In this document: piece by piece, positions 1 through 12,318 of the stretch
How the letters are laid out: the number at the start of each line of letters is the position of its first letter
How positions within the stretch are numbered: position 1 is the stretch's first letter
Source of the DNA: an uncultured Streptococcus sp.
GTDB lineage: Bacteria > Bacillota > Bacilli > Lactobacillales > Streptococcaceae
Direction of reading: 5' to 3'
Assembly (NCBI GenBank): GCA_916439305.1
Contig: CAKAIO010000004.1
Coordinates: 308,290-372,289 of the forward strand
DNA length: 64,000 nt
Made by a program: the position numbers and the translations under genes
The notes under the pieces: generated by a model
The model's database searches: none
What the model saw: only the letters and a program-made list of their open reading frames with translations
What the model was told of the DNA's origin: nothing

Positions 1-1226
1 GTATGAGGTGGGAAGTAGTAGACTGTTTAAATCTTTGGAGCAAAATTTCCTTGTTCTTGCTGTCTTTTTGCTTTTTCAACTCCTTGATAATCTCTTCGAA
101 GGACACGGACTCGTGTTCTTTCGGTTTCGCTCCACTTTGATTTGTAGAATCATTTGAAAACTGTGATGCCAGTCCAGCAGCTTCAAGCTCTTTTTTTAAC
201 TGTATTTCATATCAAGATTTTTCATCTGTTTCCTGCTTGCTATCTCTAAATGTATAATCCAAAACGTGGGTTTGATTGCCTGAACTGCCACTTGCAATGG
301 CAACACCTGCTCCAAAGAGGCACAAGGCAGAGAAGATTAAGAGGGAGCAGATAGCCAGTATAGTTGAGCGCTGGATAACTAATTCCTGAATCTGTCTAAA
401 ATTATAGGTGTGGAGTTTTCGATTGCTTCCAAGCTTGACCAAAAAGTCTATAAACAAACGCATACCAAAGAAGAGTAGTATAGTTCCTAGAGTTCCCAAG
501 AGAACAGTGATGCCCATTGTTATGGCATTTTCCCAAGCTCGTCCACTCATCCCCAAGTAATAGGCTGTTCCTAGAAGCAAAATTCCGAGGACAGAAGCAA
601 GAAGGTACACACCCTTGGGGAGTAGTTTCTTCATGCCTGAAGGAGAATAGGATAGCAGATCTCCGATTTCCTTATTAGCTGTTTTTGCACTTAAAAGAAT
701 AAAGACAGCTAATTTTACGGCTAGGAAACCGATGATTGTATAGAATAGAGCTGTAGTAGATAGAGAAAATTGATGTTCAATAATCCCTAGCCCAACAATT
801 TTAGCGGTTATTAGGCTAATCAGTTCTGAAATCAAGATTGAAATTGGAAGACCTATTCCAAGAGCAAGGATACTGTTTCTCAAATCCTCGAGTAGGAGCA
901 GCAAGAACAGTTTGCTTCTTCGCATCCCTAGCGTTAGATAGACACCAAATTCATGTTGTCTCCTTTCCATCTGCATACTGCTTGCGAAGTAGACTAGAAA
1001 AAAGAGAATAAAGAGGGTTGCTACATAAAGAATGGGAATCATGCTAAAGAGTTTATTTACAGCGTCACTCTCTATTTGTTTGAGAAAGAACATCACATCT
1101 TGATGGGACAAAAGAAAGGATGATGTAAAAGGAGATAATAGAAAGAACCATGGAACTGAAATACAAGCCATTATTCTTTCGATCCCTCTTGCTATTTCTT
1201 GAGACTAGTTTAGAAAACATTGCCAT
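1..1226 (-). CDS. FtsX/BceB-like ABC transporter permease (antimicrobial-peptide resistance type); runs off window start; frameshifted
   Basis: Starts MAMFSKLVSRNSKRDRKNNGLYFSS after a GGAGG RBS. ORF 212-1171 has many TM segments and the RRQHEFGVYLTLGM motif of FtsX-like permeases. Indels near 1150 and 215. Confidence 0.8.
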
Positions 1227-1989
1227 CACCTCCAGCCAGTGCAGACATGACCTTTAGTATTCTGTGGTAAAAATCTTCTTGACTTTCTCTTGGATAATCG
1301 CGTCGGATTTCATGGAATAGTTTTCCGTCTTGGATAAACAAGATGCGGTTGCAAAAAGCTGGCAGCGACTGAATCGTGGGTCACCATGAGAATGGTGGTT
1401 TCTTCCACTTGATTCATTTCGGATAATTTTTTTGCATCAAAATGCTCGCATTTTTTTGAATCCAAAAGCTCCTGTGGGCTCATCTGCAAATACAATCTTA
1501 GGGATCTAAAAATCAAGGCACGCGCAGCAGCTACCCTTGCCGTTGACCACCTGATAATTGAGATGGGAACTTATCCAGAAGTTCAGAAATATCTAGATAT
1601 TGGGAAAGTAATTCTAACCGAACCTTGCTTTCGTTGGCATCGACCTTGTGCAAAGACAAGGGGAGTAAAATATTTTCTTTGGCTGTCAGATTGTCCAAAA
1701 GCTCAAAATTTTGAAAGAGGTAACCAATTTCCTTGCCACGATAATCAGCTAACTGACTACCTTTTAACTGACCTAAATCTTTTTCTTGCATTTGAATGGA
1801 GCCGTCAGTTGGTTTGATGATAGTAGCGAGACAGTTAAGAAGGGTTGTTTTCCCAGAACCACTGCTCCCCATAATCCCTAAGAACTCACCTTTGACAACT
1901 TGAAAAGATATACCGTTCAAGGCTTTGGTGATATTCGGCTCTTTTCCATAATGCTTTTTTAATGATTCTACTCGTAAAATTGTTTCCAT
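1210..1989 (-). CDS. ABC transporter ATP-binding subunit (BceA/LolD-like); frameshifted
   Basis: Walker A GSSGSGKT, signature LSGGQRQ and H-loop MVTHD are split across frames. Ends ...GGDGNVF* overlapping the permease start. Confidence 0.85.
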
Positions 1990-2047
1990 GTGAAACACCT
2001 CCATCTTTTGTTACTTTCATTATAGTATGAATCAGAGGAGAATAACA

Positions 2048-2064
2048 CTTACGGATGATGTAAG
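2048..2064 (-). promoter_or_regulatory. Inverted repeat CTTAC-N7-GTAAG upstream of the ABC promoter; candidate BceR-family response-regulator site
   Basis: CTTACGGATGATGTAAG lies just upstream of the expected -35 of a TATAAT (minus strand, 2019-2024) that has no consensus -35. Confidence 0.5.
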
Positions 2065-2235
2065 AAATCTTTATCATTAGGTTATTGGAGCTATACTTAC
2101 TATATTATAGCATGGTTTCAAGGATTTAAAAAGAGGAGTTGAGAGTCGAGAAATTTTCCTAATATTGAAATTATAAAAAATAATACCACTGTAGTCCATG
2201 CTTCAGCAGTATTATTTATTATTTTATAGGAAACT

Positions 2236-3801
2236 TTACTCCCACTCAACAGTTGCAGGTGGTTTACTTGTGATATCGTAGACGATACGGTTAACATGGT
2301 CAACTTCGTTTACGATACGAACTGAGATTTTCTGGAGAACTTCCCAAGGAATCTTGGCGAAGTCAGCTGTCATACCATCGATAGAAGTAATAGCACGGAT
2401 AGCGATTGTATAGTCGTAAGTACGGCCATCTCCCATAACACCTACTGAACGAACACCAGTGTTAACAGTGAAGTATTGCCAGATGTCGCGGTCAAGGCCA
2501 GCTTTAGCAATTTCTTCACGAAGGATAGCGTCTGATTCGCGAACGGTTTCAAGTTTTTCTTCAGTGATCTCACCCATGACACGGATCGCAAGTCCTGGTC
2601 CTGGGAATGGTTGGCGCCATACGATGTGGTCTGGCATGCCAAGTTCTGTACCGAGGGCACGAACCTCATCCTTGTAAAGAGTATTGAGTGGTTCGATCAG
2701 TTCAAACTGCATGTCTTCTGGGAGTCCACCAACGTTGTGGTGAGACTTGATGGTTTGAGCAGTATCCGTACCAGATTCAATCACGTCAGTATAGAGTGTC
2801 CCTTGAGCAAGGAATTTCACATCTGTTAGTTTGCTTGCCTCATCGTCAAAGACATAGACAAATTCGTTACCGATAATCTTCCGTTTTTGTTCAGGGTCAG
2901 AAACACCAGCCAATTTATCAAGGAAACGTTTGGCAGCGTCTGCCTTAACGATATTGAGACCAAACTTACCACCAAGCATATCCATAACTTGGTCAGCTTC
3001 ACCTTTACGGAGAAGACCGTGGTCTACAAAGATACAGATTAATTGATCGCCGATTGCTTTTTTTGGAGAAGAACCCCAACAACAGAAGAGTCAACACCAC
3101 CAGAAAGTCCGAGGAGAACACGTTTGTCTCCAACTTTTTTCACGGATTTGTTTGATTTGCATCTCGATGAAGTTATCCATAGTCCAGTCACCTTTGGCAC
3201 CACAGATATTTAAAGCAAAGTTACGCAAAATATCATAACCGTGAACTGAGTGGCGAACTTCTGGGTGGAATTGGATACCGTAAATTTTCTTATCAGGGTT
3301 TTCAATAGATGCATAAGGACAGTCTGCAGAAGTTCCAGTACGAACAAAGTCAGCAGGAATTTCCGTTACAGCATCACCGTGGCTCATCAAGACAAGTTGC
3401 TCATCTGGAGTACCCGCAAAAAGAGCTGATTCTGTGTGAGTCAATGTTGATTGACCGTATTCACGGTTACCAGCGTCACCTGCAGGAACAACTTTTCCTC
3501 CAAGCTTGTGAGTCAATAGCTGCATACCATAGCAGATTCCCAAAATCGGAATTCCAAGTTCAAAAATCTCTGGATCAATATCAAACGATCCTTCTTCGTA
3601 AACAGAGTTTGGACCACCTGAAAGTACAATCCCGATAGGATTGATAGCACGGACTTCGTCAGCCGAAATCTTGTGACTTTTTAGTTCTGAAAAGACACCA
3701 ATCTCACGGATACGACGTGAGATGAGTTGGTTGTACTGGCTACCATAGTCCAGTACGATGATCTTTTCGACATCTTGCAAATCAGTTGAAATGTTGCTCA
3801 T
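2236..3801 (-). CDS. guaA: GMP synthase (glutamine-hydrolysing); frameshifts near 3060-3140
   Basis: LDYGSQY, GICYGMQ and QFHPEV glutaminase motifs; [19 protein letters not shown] and C-terminal KPPATVEWE. Confidence 0.97.
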
Positions 3802-3941
3802 CTTTTCCCTTTCTTGAAAGAAATATCTTCTTGAATATTCTATCATAAAAGGGTTAGAATTACCAACCAAACAAGTGCGGTTTGACTTTTCCCCATGAGT
3901 TACGGTACAATGGAAAAAATAAAGAAAAGAAGTGATCAAGC

Positions 3942-4640
3942 ATGTTGCCAGCTTATATGAAAATCCACGACCAAATCAAGAAAGACATTGATGAGGGAAG
4001 TTGGAAAATTGGGGAAAGACTTCCAAGTGAGCGAGATTTAGCAGAAGAATTTGCCGTTAGCCGCATGACCTTACGTCAAGCAATCTCTCTTTTGGTTGAA
4101 GAAGGGGTTTTGGAACGACGTATAGGTAGTGGGACCTTTGTTTCAAGCACACGTGTTCAGGAAAGAATGCGTGGAACAACTAGTTTTACGGAGATTGTTA
4201 AAGCTCAAGGGAAAACTCCGTCTAGTCACTTGATTTCTTATCGTCGAACCATTCCAAATGAGCAAGAAGTGGCTAAACTAGGTTTACTGCCAACTGACAA
4301 TATCATTCGTATGGAGCGTGTTCGTTATGCAGATAAGGTTCCTGTTGTCTATGAAGTGGCGTCGATTCCTGAGAAATTTATCAAAAATTTCAAAAAAGAA
4401 GAAGTAACCAAGCACTTCTTTCAAACCTTGCAAGAGCATGGTTATCGAATTGGTAAATCTCACCAGACCATATACGCACGTTTAGCAAAAGAAAAGATAG
4501 CTCATTACCTAGAAGTTGAAAAAGGACATGCTATTTTAGGTTTGACTCAGGTTTCTTACTTTGATGACGGAACGGCTTTTGAGTATGTAAAGAGCCAATA
4601 CGTCGGAGAACGGTTTGAATTTTATCTAGAAAATAATTAG
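3942..4640 (+). CDS. GntR/HutC-family regulator with UTRA domain (NagR/YvoA-like)
   Basis: w[24 protein letters not shown] plus C-terminal UTRA domain; divergent from guaA. Confidence 0.9.
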   Translation: MLPAYMKIHDQIKKDIDEGSWKIGERLPSERDLAEEFAVSRMTLRQAISLLVEEGVLERRIGSGTFVSSTRVQERMRGTTSFTEIVKAQGKTPSSHLISYRRTIPNEQEVAKLGLLPTDNIIRMERVRYADKVPVVYEVASIPEKFIKNFKKEEVTKHFFQTLQEHGYRIGKSHQTIYARLAKEKIAHYLEVEKGHAILGLTQVSYFDDGTAFEYVKSQYVGERFEFYLENN

Positions 4641-4776
4641 TTTATAACATCACTCTTAGAGTAGAAACTCATCTATTTTAAGAGTTTTTATTTGGTTAAG
4701 ATTAGAAAACATTTTCCTAGTAAGAAAAATAGCAATCATACGAGTATTTTTCAAAGATTCGTGTTATAATAGTTAG

Positions 4777-4872
4777 GTTATATGGTCCCGATAAGGTGGT
4801 GGGATTGATTGTAAATACTCTTCCTACCAGTTCTTTGTAACTCTATAACGAATATTTTTTTAAGGGGGGACA
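4777..4872 (+). promoter_or_regulatory. SMK box (SAM-III riboswitch)
   Basis: metK leader after TGnTATAAT (4762-4770). It has GTCCCGATAAGG (anti-SD), CTTTGTAAC and a GGGGGA SD, the SAM-III layout. Confidence 0.8.
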
Positions 4873-4878
4873 TTTTTT

Positions 4879-6068
4879 ATGTCAGAACGTAAACTTTTCA
4901 CGTCTGAATCTGTATCTGAGGGGCATCCAGATAAGATTGCAGACCAAATTTCAGATGCTATCTTGGATGCTATTTTAGAGCAAGATCCAGAAGCACACGT
5001 TGCTGCTGAAACAGCTGTTTATACTGGTTCAGTTCATGTTTTTGGTGAGATTTCAACGACGGCTTATGTGGATATCAATCGTGTGGTTCGTGATACCATT
5101 GCAGAGATTGGATATACAAATACTGAGTATGGATTCTCAGCTGAAACAGTAGGAGTTCATCCATCTTTGGTTGAACAATCTCCAGATATCGCTCAAGGTG
5201 TTAATGAAGCCTTGGAAGTTCGTGGAAATGCTGATAAAGATCCACTTGACTTGATTGGAGCTGGAGACCAAGGTCTCATGTTTGGTTTTGCGGTGGATGA
5301 AACTGAAGAACTCATGCCACTTCCAATCTCACTCAGTCACAAGTTGGTTCGTCGTTTGGCTGAACTTCGTAAGTCTGGTGAAATCAGCTATCTTCGTCCA
5401 GATGCTAAATCTCAAGTCACTGTTGAATATGATGAAAATGACCAACCAGTGCGCGTGGACACTGTTGTTATTTCAACTCAACACGATCCAGAAGTCAGCA
5501 ATGAACAAATCCATGAGGATGTAATCAACAAGGTCATCAAAGAAGTGATTCCAGCTTCTTACCTGGATGATGAGACTAAATTCTCATCAATCCAACTGGT
5601 CGTTTCGTTATCGGAGGACCTCAAGGAGACTCAGGTTTGACGGGTCGTAAGATCATCGTGGACACCTATGGTGGTTACTCACGTCACGGTGGTGGTGCCT
5701 TCTCTGGTAAGGATGCCACTAAGGTTGACCGTTCAGCTTCTTATGCAGCTCGCTACATTGCTAAAAACATTGTTGCTGCAGGTCTTGCTAAGAAAGCAGA
5801 AGTGCAATTGGCCTACGCAATCGGTGTAGCTCAACCTGTATCTGTCCGTATCGATACTTTCGGTACAGGAACAGTAGCTGAAAGTAAACTTGAAAAAGCA
5901 GCGCGTCAAATCTTTGACCTTCGCCCTGCAGGAATTATCCAAATGCTAGATCTCAAACGTCCGATTTACCGTAAAACAGCGGCTTATGGACATATGGGAC
6001 GTACAGATATTGATCTTCCATGGGAACGCTTGGACAAGGTAGAAGCCTTGAAAGAAGCCGTTAAATAA
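4879..6068 (+). CDS. metK: S-adenosylmethionine synthetase; frameshift near 5580
   Basis: [19 protein letters not shown] and GGGAFSGKD signatures across ORFs 4879-5640 and 5637-6068. Confidence 0.97.
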
Positions 6069-6071
6069 ACT

Positions 6072-6103
6072 AAAAAAGATTGGTTTAAGGACCAATCTTT
6101 TTT
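6072..6103. terminator. Bidirectional intrinsic terminator
   Basis: AAAAAGATTGGT-loop-ACCAATCTTTTT between convergent genes. Confidence 0.75.
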
Positions 6104-6113
6104 ATGTTTAAAA

Positions 6114-6745
6114 TTAGTTATCCAGGATTTTTACAAAAGCCCAGTTTCCAATAGATTTTGTTCCGTATTCTAACATCATCGAATCTAGTAATTCATACTT
6201 GTTTTTTTCATAGAAGCAAACATTTTTTTCAGTACTAGTAATCAAGCCCAAGCGTTTGCAGCCTTTGGATTTAAGATAAGGTTCAACACCTTCTTGTAGA
6301 AAAGCACTCCCGATTCCTTGGTTTTGACTAGAAGCATTGACTCCCAACATCATCAAATACCAGTCAAAATTTCCTGATCTTTTCAAATGCTGTTCGGAAC
6401 GTTCCACCAAATCAAGATATTTCAAGAGATTGCGCGGAGTAATAAAACGGAAAAGCTTGACCATACCATTCAGCAAATAAGATAGAATGGAAAAATCCTT
6501 TTGTTGCAGGAGGGCAACGGCCATGATTTCCCCGTCTTGTTCAGCGACTAGACAGGTCTCTCCTTTGATATAGAGTCTGGTCAGAAGGCTATCCAATAAT
6601 TCTAAGAATGCTGGGTAATATTCTGGTTTCTTTAAATCATCTTTGATAAGAGTCATGAAAGGGTAGTCCATAAAGGCACCAGCCAACACTTCCCGATTTT
6701 TTGATATTCATCTAGCCTGGCTTCTCTGTATACTATTTCTTTCAT
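6114..6745 (-). CDS. GNAT family N-acetyltransferase; 5' frameshift
   Basis: WYLMMLGV...QNQGIGS acetyl-CoA motif and N.cFYEK motif. ATG at 6745 follows an AAGGAG RBS. Confidence 0.8.
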
Positions 6746-6914
6746 ATCAAACTCCTTCATTAAAATCTCTCTATCTATTATAACGAAATTTCTCATATTT
6801 TTCGATTAAAATGTGAAATTTTCACAAAAAGTTTAGACATGGTAGTTATTTTAGAAATGTATAGAAAAAAAGCATTAAAAAACCCCGCAGTTTTAACTGT
6901 AGGGTAGATTAATT

Positions 6915-7214
6915 CTATTTTGTAGGGATTGAAATCTCAATCAATTTATCAGAATAGAGGGTTTTAATATTTGTCTTATCAATAGCCTGTTGATTAATTT
7001 TACGACTGAGGAAAAATTCTTTGATTATTTCCATTTCTTTTTCACGGATTGCCCGATGTTTATTGGAAATGAGGATTTCGTAATGAAGTGGAGCCTGAGT
7101 AAAAATAACATCTGTATTTCCCGCAGAATAAACCTCTACAAGCGTTGCGTCGGTGCTTTCTAGCTGACTTTTAACAAGTTGCGAGTGTGAATTTGTAGTA
7201 TTGATAAGCTTCAT
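6915..7214 (-). CDS. DUF1827 family protein
   Basis: MKLINTTNSH start; conserved small streptococcal protein next to the NUDIX gene and clpE. Confidence 0.75.
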   Translation of the reverse strand: MKLINTTNSHSQLVKSQLESTDATLVEVYSAGNTDVIFTQAPLHYEILISNKHRAIREKEMEIIKEFFLSRKINQQAIDKTNIKTLYSDKLIEISIPTK

Positions 7215-7277
7215 AGGGTTTCCTCCTGTATTTCTATGTCTATTATAGCACTTTTTGGGAAATTTGGTAAAGATAGT

Positions 7278-7727
7278 TTAAATTTGATGTTGTTTTTTCC
7301 AAGCTTCAATCGCCCATCTGTGACTTCCACGTTTTAAGTTAGCAATAGCTTCATCGATTGGGAACCAAGCTAGATGATTGAAGTCCTCGAGAGGTTTTTG
7401 GATTTCTTGGTAAGAAGTGGCTTCGTAGAGATAGGCTGGATTGTAGTAGTAGGTATCACGATGACTAGAATAAAAATATTCATCAGCTTGCCCGTAGTAG
7501 GTGCCGATTTCAGCAGAAAATCCTAATTCTTCAATCAACTCTCGTTTGAGAGCTTCGAGATGGTTTTCGCCTTCTTCGATTTCACCTCCTGGTAAGAACC
7601 ATGCACTATTTGGAGCTTGTACGAGGATAATCTTTTCATGGTTTGCATCAGGTATGACTGCATAAACGCCATATCTATTTTTGTAGGTTACTCCCTCTTT
7701 TTTTTCTCCAAATGTTGGATTTGCCAT
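7278..7727 (-). CDS. NUDIX hydrolase
   Basis: Nudix box GGEIEEGENHLEALKRELIEELG. Confidence 0.93.
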   Translation of the reverse strand: MANPTFGEKKEGVTYKNRYGVYAVIPDANHEKIILVQAPNSAWFLPGGEIEEGENHLEALKRELIEELGFSAEIGTYYGQADEYFYSSHRDTYYYNPAYLYEATSYQEIQKPLEDFNHLAWFPIDEAIANLKRGSHRWAIEAWKKQHQI

Positions 7728-7816
7728 AAAGTTCTCCTTCGTGAGTGCGCTTTCTTTCTATAATAGTAAAGAATGCTCTCACTGTCAAGCAAGAACATTC
7801 TTTTGTATGTGAGGAA

Positions 7817-10083
7817 TTAGTCGTTTGACTCGACTGTTTCCGTTTTATTTTTGGACTTAATCACGATTTTTCCTTTACTTGTCATGACTGCCTTGAGGTC
7901 TTTTTCACTTGGATTTTCAAGGTAGTAGTCTGTAATGGCATCTTCGATATAGTCTTGGATGGTACGACGGAGTGGACGAGCTCCCATTTTTGGATCGTAA
8001 CCAAGGTCTACAAGTTTTTCTTTAACCTTATCTGTTACATCTAAATGGATGTTATTACTTGAGAGGCGTTTATTCACATCATCTAACATGAGGTCAACGA
8101 TTTGAAGGAGATTTTCCTTGCTGAGAGCTTTGAATTCGATAATACCATCAAAGCGGTTCATGAATTCTGGACTAAAGAAGTTGCCTAATTCTCCAAGGAC
8201 AGAGTTGGTACGACCTTCTCTAGCAGCACCAAAACCAACACTAGCTTCAGCCTTGCCTGTACCTGCATTTGAGGTCATGATAATGATGGCGTCCTTAAAG
8301 CTAACAGTTCGGCCTTGACCGTCCGTTAAGCGGCCATCATCCAATACTTGAAGGAACATATGCATAACATCTGGATGGGCTTTTTCAACCTCGTCTAGTA
8401 AAATAAGTGAGTAGGGGTTGCGACGCACTTTTTCGGTCAATTGTCCTGCTTCATCATAACCTACGTATCCTGGAGGGGCACCGACGAGTTTGGCAACGCT
8501 ATGTTTTTCCATGTATTCGCTCATATCGAAAGCGAATCATGCTATCAGCAGAACCAAAAAGCTCAATAGCTAGTTGTTTAGAAAGTTCTGTCTTACCGAC
8601 ACCAGTAGGACCAACAAAGAGGAAGCTACCGATTGGACGGTTTGGAGTACCTAGTCCAACACGGTTACGACGGATAGCCTTAGCAATCTTATCAACTGCA
8701 TCATCTTGGCCAATAACATGAGCCTTGAGGTCGTCTGCTAGGTTGATGAGTTGAGACTGTTCTTTTTCTTTCAAATCACCAACTGGAATATTGGTCTTTT
8801 GTTCAATAATGTGTTCAATCGTCTTTTTCGCTGATGATCGGGAGTATCCTGATCCGTTACTTTTTGTCTTTTGCATTTCTTTATATTTAGCAATCTGGTC
8901 ACGGAAGTAGGCTGCTTTCTCAAAAATCTTCATCTCGAGTTGCTTGGGCCTTGAGATTTTTCTGCTTCGATTAAGCGTTGGTCGATAACCTTTGGATCCA
9001 CAAAATTCAAAGGTTAAGTTCATTTTAGAACCAGCCTCATCTAGGAGGTCAATAGCCTTATCCGGCAAGAAACGATCTTGGATGTAGCGGTTAGAAAGAG
9101 TAGCAGCAGCTTCGATAGCAGCATCTGTATAATGAACGTGGTGGTAATCTTCGTATTTCTTTTTGGATACCTTTGAGGATAATAATAGTCTCTTCCACAG
9201 TTGGTTCATCCACCTTTAACAGGTTGCATACGGCGCTCAAGGGCGGCGTCTTTTTTTCAATGATGCGGTATTCATTGAGGGTAGTAGCACCAACTAGTTG
9301 AAGTTCTCCACGAGAAAGGGCAGGTTTCAGGATATTGCCTGCATCCATATTGCCATCTCCGGCAGAACCAGCACCGACAATCTCGTGAATTTCATCGATA
9401 AAGAGGATGACATCTTTACGCTCACGAATTTCTTCCATGAGTTTTCTGCATGCGCTCTTCAAATTGTCCACGAATTCCTGTACCTTGGACAAGGCTAACA
9501 ACGTCTAAAGCGGATGACTTCTTTCCCTTGAAGTTTATGAGGGAACATCACCATCTACAATTTTTTTGAGCGAGGCCTTCGACAACTGCTGTCTTACCAA
9601 CACCAGGCTCTCCGATAAGGACGGGATTGTTTTTTTGGTTCTACGGTTGAGAATTTCAATGACACGGATGATTTCTTCGTCGCGACCGATAACAGGATCG
9701 ACATTTCCACGGCGGGCAATCTCGGTTATGTTGATACCGTACTCATCCAAGAGTCCTTTTTCTTGACTAGGAGGAGGTGTTTGAGCTGGCCCGCGATTTT
9801 GGGAACCAAAACCACCATTGCCACCATATCCACCACCTGACTGGGTTGGAGGAACATTATTATTTGAAGAAGGTCTAAAGTTATTCAGATCATTAAAGAA
9901 GTCTCCAAATGGATCAAAATCACGATTATTTAAATCTGTAATGCCTTTGAATAAGCTGTTGTTCGGATCTGTTTTGATAATTTTGTAGCAATTTTGGCAA
10001 AGATCGATTTGCTTTTGTTGCCCATTAAGATTGGTGTAAAGATGGATCGTTGAGTCATTGATTTTACAATTTTGACAGAGCAT
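7817..10083 (-). CDS. clpE: ATP-dependent Clp protease ATPase ClpE; several frameshifts
   Basis: N-terminal zinc finger CQNC...[38 protein letters not shown] and GARPLRR spread over four ORFs. Confidence 0.95.
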
Positions 10084-10125
10084 ATCACTACCTCGTTTCT
10101 TTCTTGGCTTTGACTAAAACAGAAA

Positions 10126-10142
10126 GGTCAAAAATAGTCAAA
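10126..10142. promoter_or_regulatory. CtsR operator upstream of clpE
   Basis: GGTCAAA-AAT-AGTCAAA matches the CtsR heptad direct repeat. Extra half-site TTTGACT at 10109-10115; extended -10 TGATATAAT on the minus strand near 10156-10164. Confidence 0.88.
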
Positions 10143-10323
10143 GTTCTTTAGTCTCATTATATCATGATTGAAGGGGAAAGCAAGTAAAAAGATTGAGTCT
10201 TAGAAGTCATGATAAAAGAGTTTTGTAAATGAAATATAGGGATAAAAAGAAAAATCCTATTTGTCATGCAAAAAGGATTTTCATTGGTCAAAGCAGGAGA
10301 CTTCTCCGGCATTTATTCAACAA

Positions 10324-10554
10324 TTAGTATAAAAGTTCGTAGATTTCCATCGCAATGAGGTCGATGCTATCAAATGTATATGTTTCACGAGCTTCAACGT
10401 CACGAAGTGTAAAGAGTGGTCCGTTTTCTTCGTCGTGGTTAAAAGCAACCTCTGCGACAACAACTCCTTCGCGCTCAAAGTTACGTTTCAAGTTACCACC
10501 ATCTTTAGTCATTGCTTCTAAGCGATTGATGATTCTAACCAAATGTGATTCCAT
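10324..10554 (-). CDS. DUF1797 (YkuJ-like) family protein
   Basis: MESHLVRIINRLEAM...FDSIDLIAMEIYELL; usual clpE neighbour. Confidence 0.8.
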   Translation of the reverse strand: MESHLVRIINRLEAMTKDGGNLKRNFEREGVVVAEVAFNHDEENGPLFTLRDVEARETYTFDSIDLIAMEIYELLY

Positions 10555-10683
10555 TTTGATTCTCCTCCATTTCTTATCTTTACTATTTTACCATAAACAG
10601 ACTCGACTTGACTAGAAAAAAACTAAGATTTCTCGCTATTTCTCTCGTCTTTGAAAATTTATTGAAAATATTAGGAGAAAATG

Positions 10684-10699
10684 TTGAATTTTTATGCAA
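10684..10699. promoter_or_regulatory. ARG box (ArgR/AhrC operator)
   Basis: TTGAATTTTTATGCAA imperfect palindrome in the promoter of the amino-acid ABC operon. Confidence 0.6.
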
Positions 10700-10759
10700 T
10701 ATATGTTATCCTTATACAAGTTTTAAGTTTAAATATTAAAAACAGAAAGTAGAGTATCC

Positions 10760-11446
10760 ATGAATTTTTTTTTTTTACCCGAAATATCTACCATATTTTA
10801 ACTATGGTGCCGTTGTAACAATTATCATATCTATCTTGGTGGTCTTCTTGGGGACCATTCTAGGAGTGCTGTTGGCCTTTGCACAACGTTCAAAAAGATT
10901 AAACCACTTGCCTGGTTTGCTAATCTATATATCTGGGTCTTCCGTGGGACTCCGATGATGGTGCAGATTATGATTGCATTTGCCTTGATGCATATTAGTG
11001 CTCCGACTATTCAAATTGGGATCTTAGATGTTGATCTGACTCGTTTGATTCCAGGGATTTTGATTATCTCTATGAATAGTGGTGCCTATGTATCAGAAAC
11101 AGTTCGTGCTGGGATTAATGCAGTACCAAAGGGACAATTAGAAGCAGCTTATTCACTAGGTATTCGCCCAAAAAATGCCATGCGCTATGTCATTTTACCC
11201 CAGGCTATCAAAAATATCTTACCTTCTCTAGGAAATGAGTTTATCACTATTATCAAGGATAGCTCGCTCTTGTCAGCTATCGGGGTTATGGAGTTGTGGA
11301 ATGGAGCTACTACAGTATCAACAACCACATACCTACCTTTAACACCGCTCTTATTTGCAGCCTTTTACTACTTGATTATGACCTCTATCTTGACACTGGC
11401 CTTGAAAGCTTTTGAAAATCGTATGGGACAAGGAGATAAGAAATAA
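10760..11446 (+). CDS. Polar amino-acid ABC transporter permease (probably arginine); 5' frameshifts
   Basis: FRGTPMMVQ and EAA motif ([10 protein letters not shown]); ARG box upstream; synteny with folD as in the pneumococcal artPQ-folD operon. Confidence 0.85.
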
Positions 11447-12180
11447 TGACTGAAACACTTATAAAAATTGAAAATCTTCATAAAAACTTTGGAAAAAATG
11501 AAGTTTTAAAAGGAATTGATCTTGAAATCAAAAAAGGACAAGTAGTGGTGATTATCGGACCTTCTGGTAGCGGTAAGTCAACCCTCCTTCGTTCGATGAA
11601 TCTCCTCGAAGAAGCTACTAAAGGAAAGGTTATATTTGAAGGTATTGACATTACCGATAAGAAAAATGACCTCTTTGCCATGCGTGAAAAGATGGGAATG
11701 GTTTTCCAACAATTCAATCTCTTCCCAAATATGACGGTAATGGAAAATATCACGCTTTCTCCTATTAAGACTAAAGGGGAAAGTAAGGCAGTTGCTGAGG
11801 AGAGAGCCCATGAGCTCTTGGAAAAGGTTGGTTTACCAGATAAGGCAGATGCTTATCCACAAAGTCTGTCTGGTGGGCAACAGCAACGTATCGCTATCGC
11901 TCGTGGTCTTGCTATGGAGCCAGATGTTTTACTATTTGATGAACCGACTTCTGCCCTAGACCCTGAAATGGTAGGAGAAGTACTAGCAGTTATGCAAGAA
12001 CTTGCTCAGTCAGGAATGACCATGGTTATCGTAACGCATGAAATGGGCTTTGCTCGTGAAGTGGCGGATCGTGTCATCTTTATGGCTGATGGTGTCGTTG
12101 TCGAAGACGGAACTCCAGAGCAAGTCTTTGAACAAACCCAAGAACAAAGAACCAAGGATTTCTTGAGTAAGGTTTTGTAA
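11446..12180 (+). CDS. Polar amino-acid ABC transporter ATP-binding protein (GlnQ-like)
   Basis: [28 protein letters not shown]. Confidence 0.93.
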   Translation: MTETLIKIENLHKNFGKNEVLKGIDLEIKKGQVVVIIGPSGSGKSTLLRSMNLLEEATKGKVIFEGIDITDKKNDLFAMREKMGMVFQQFNLFPNMTVMENITLSPIKTKGESKAVAEERAHELLEKVGLPDKADAYPQSLSGGQQQRIAIARGLAMEPDVLLFDEPTSALDPEMVGEVLAVMQELAQSGMTMVIVTHEMGFAREVADRVIFMADGVVVEDGTPEQVFEQTQEQRTKDFLSKVL

Positions 12181-12318
12181 GAATATCGTAATTTAGAAAA
12201 GCTCGATAAGGGCTTTTTCTTATAGTTTCAGACTATAAGGTCTCTTAGGTAAGAAGTGTTAGAGGGACAAGTATATTTTTGATATAATAGAAGATATTTG
12301 TTAGAAAAGAGAAAATAC

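Noticed and set aside
4846..4854. TAACGAATA as a ComX cin-box
   Set aside because: It does not match TACGAATA and lies inside the SMK riboswitch.
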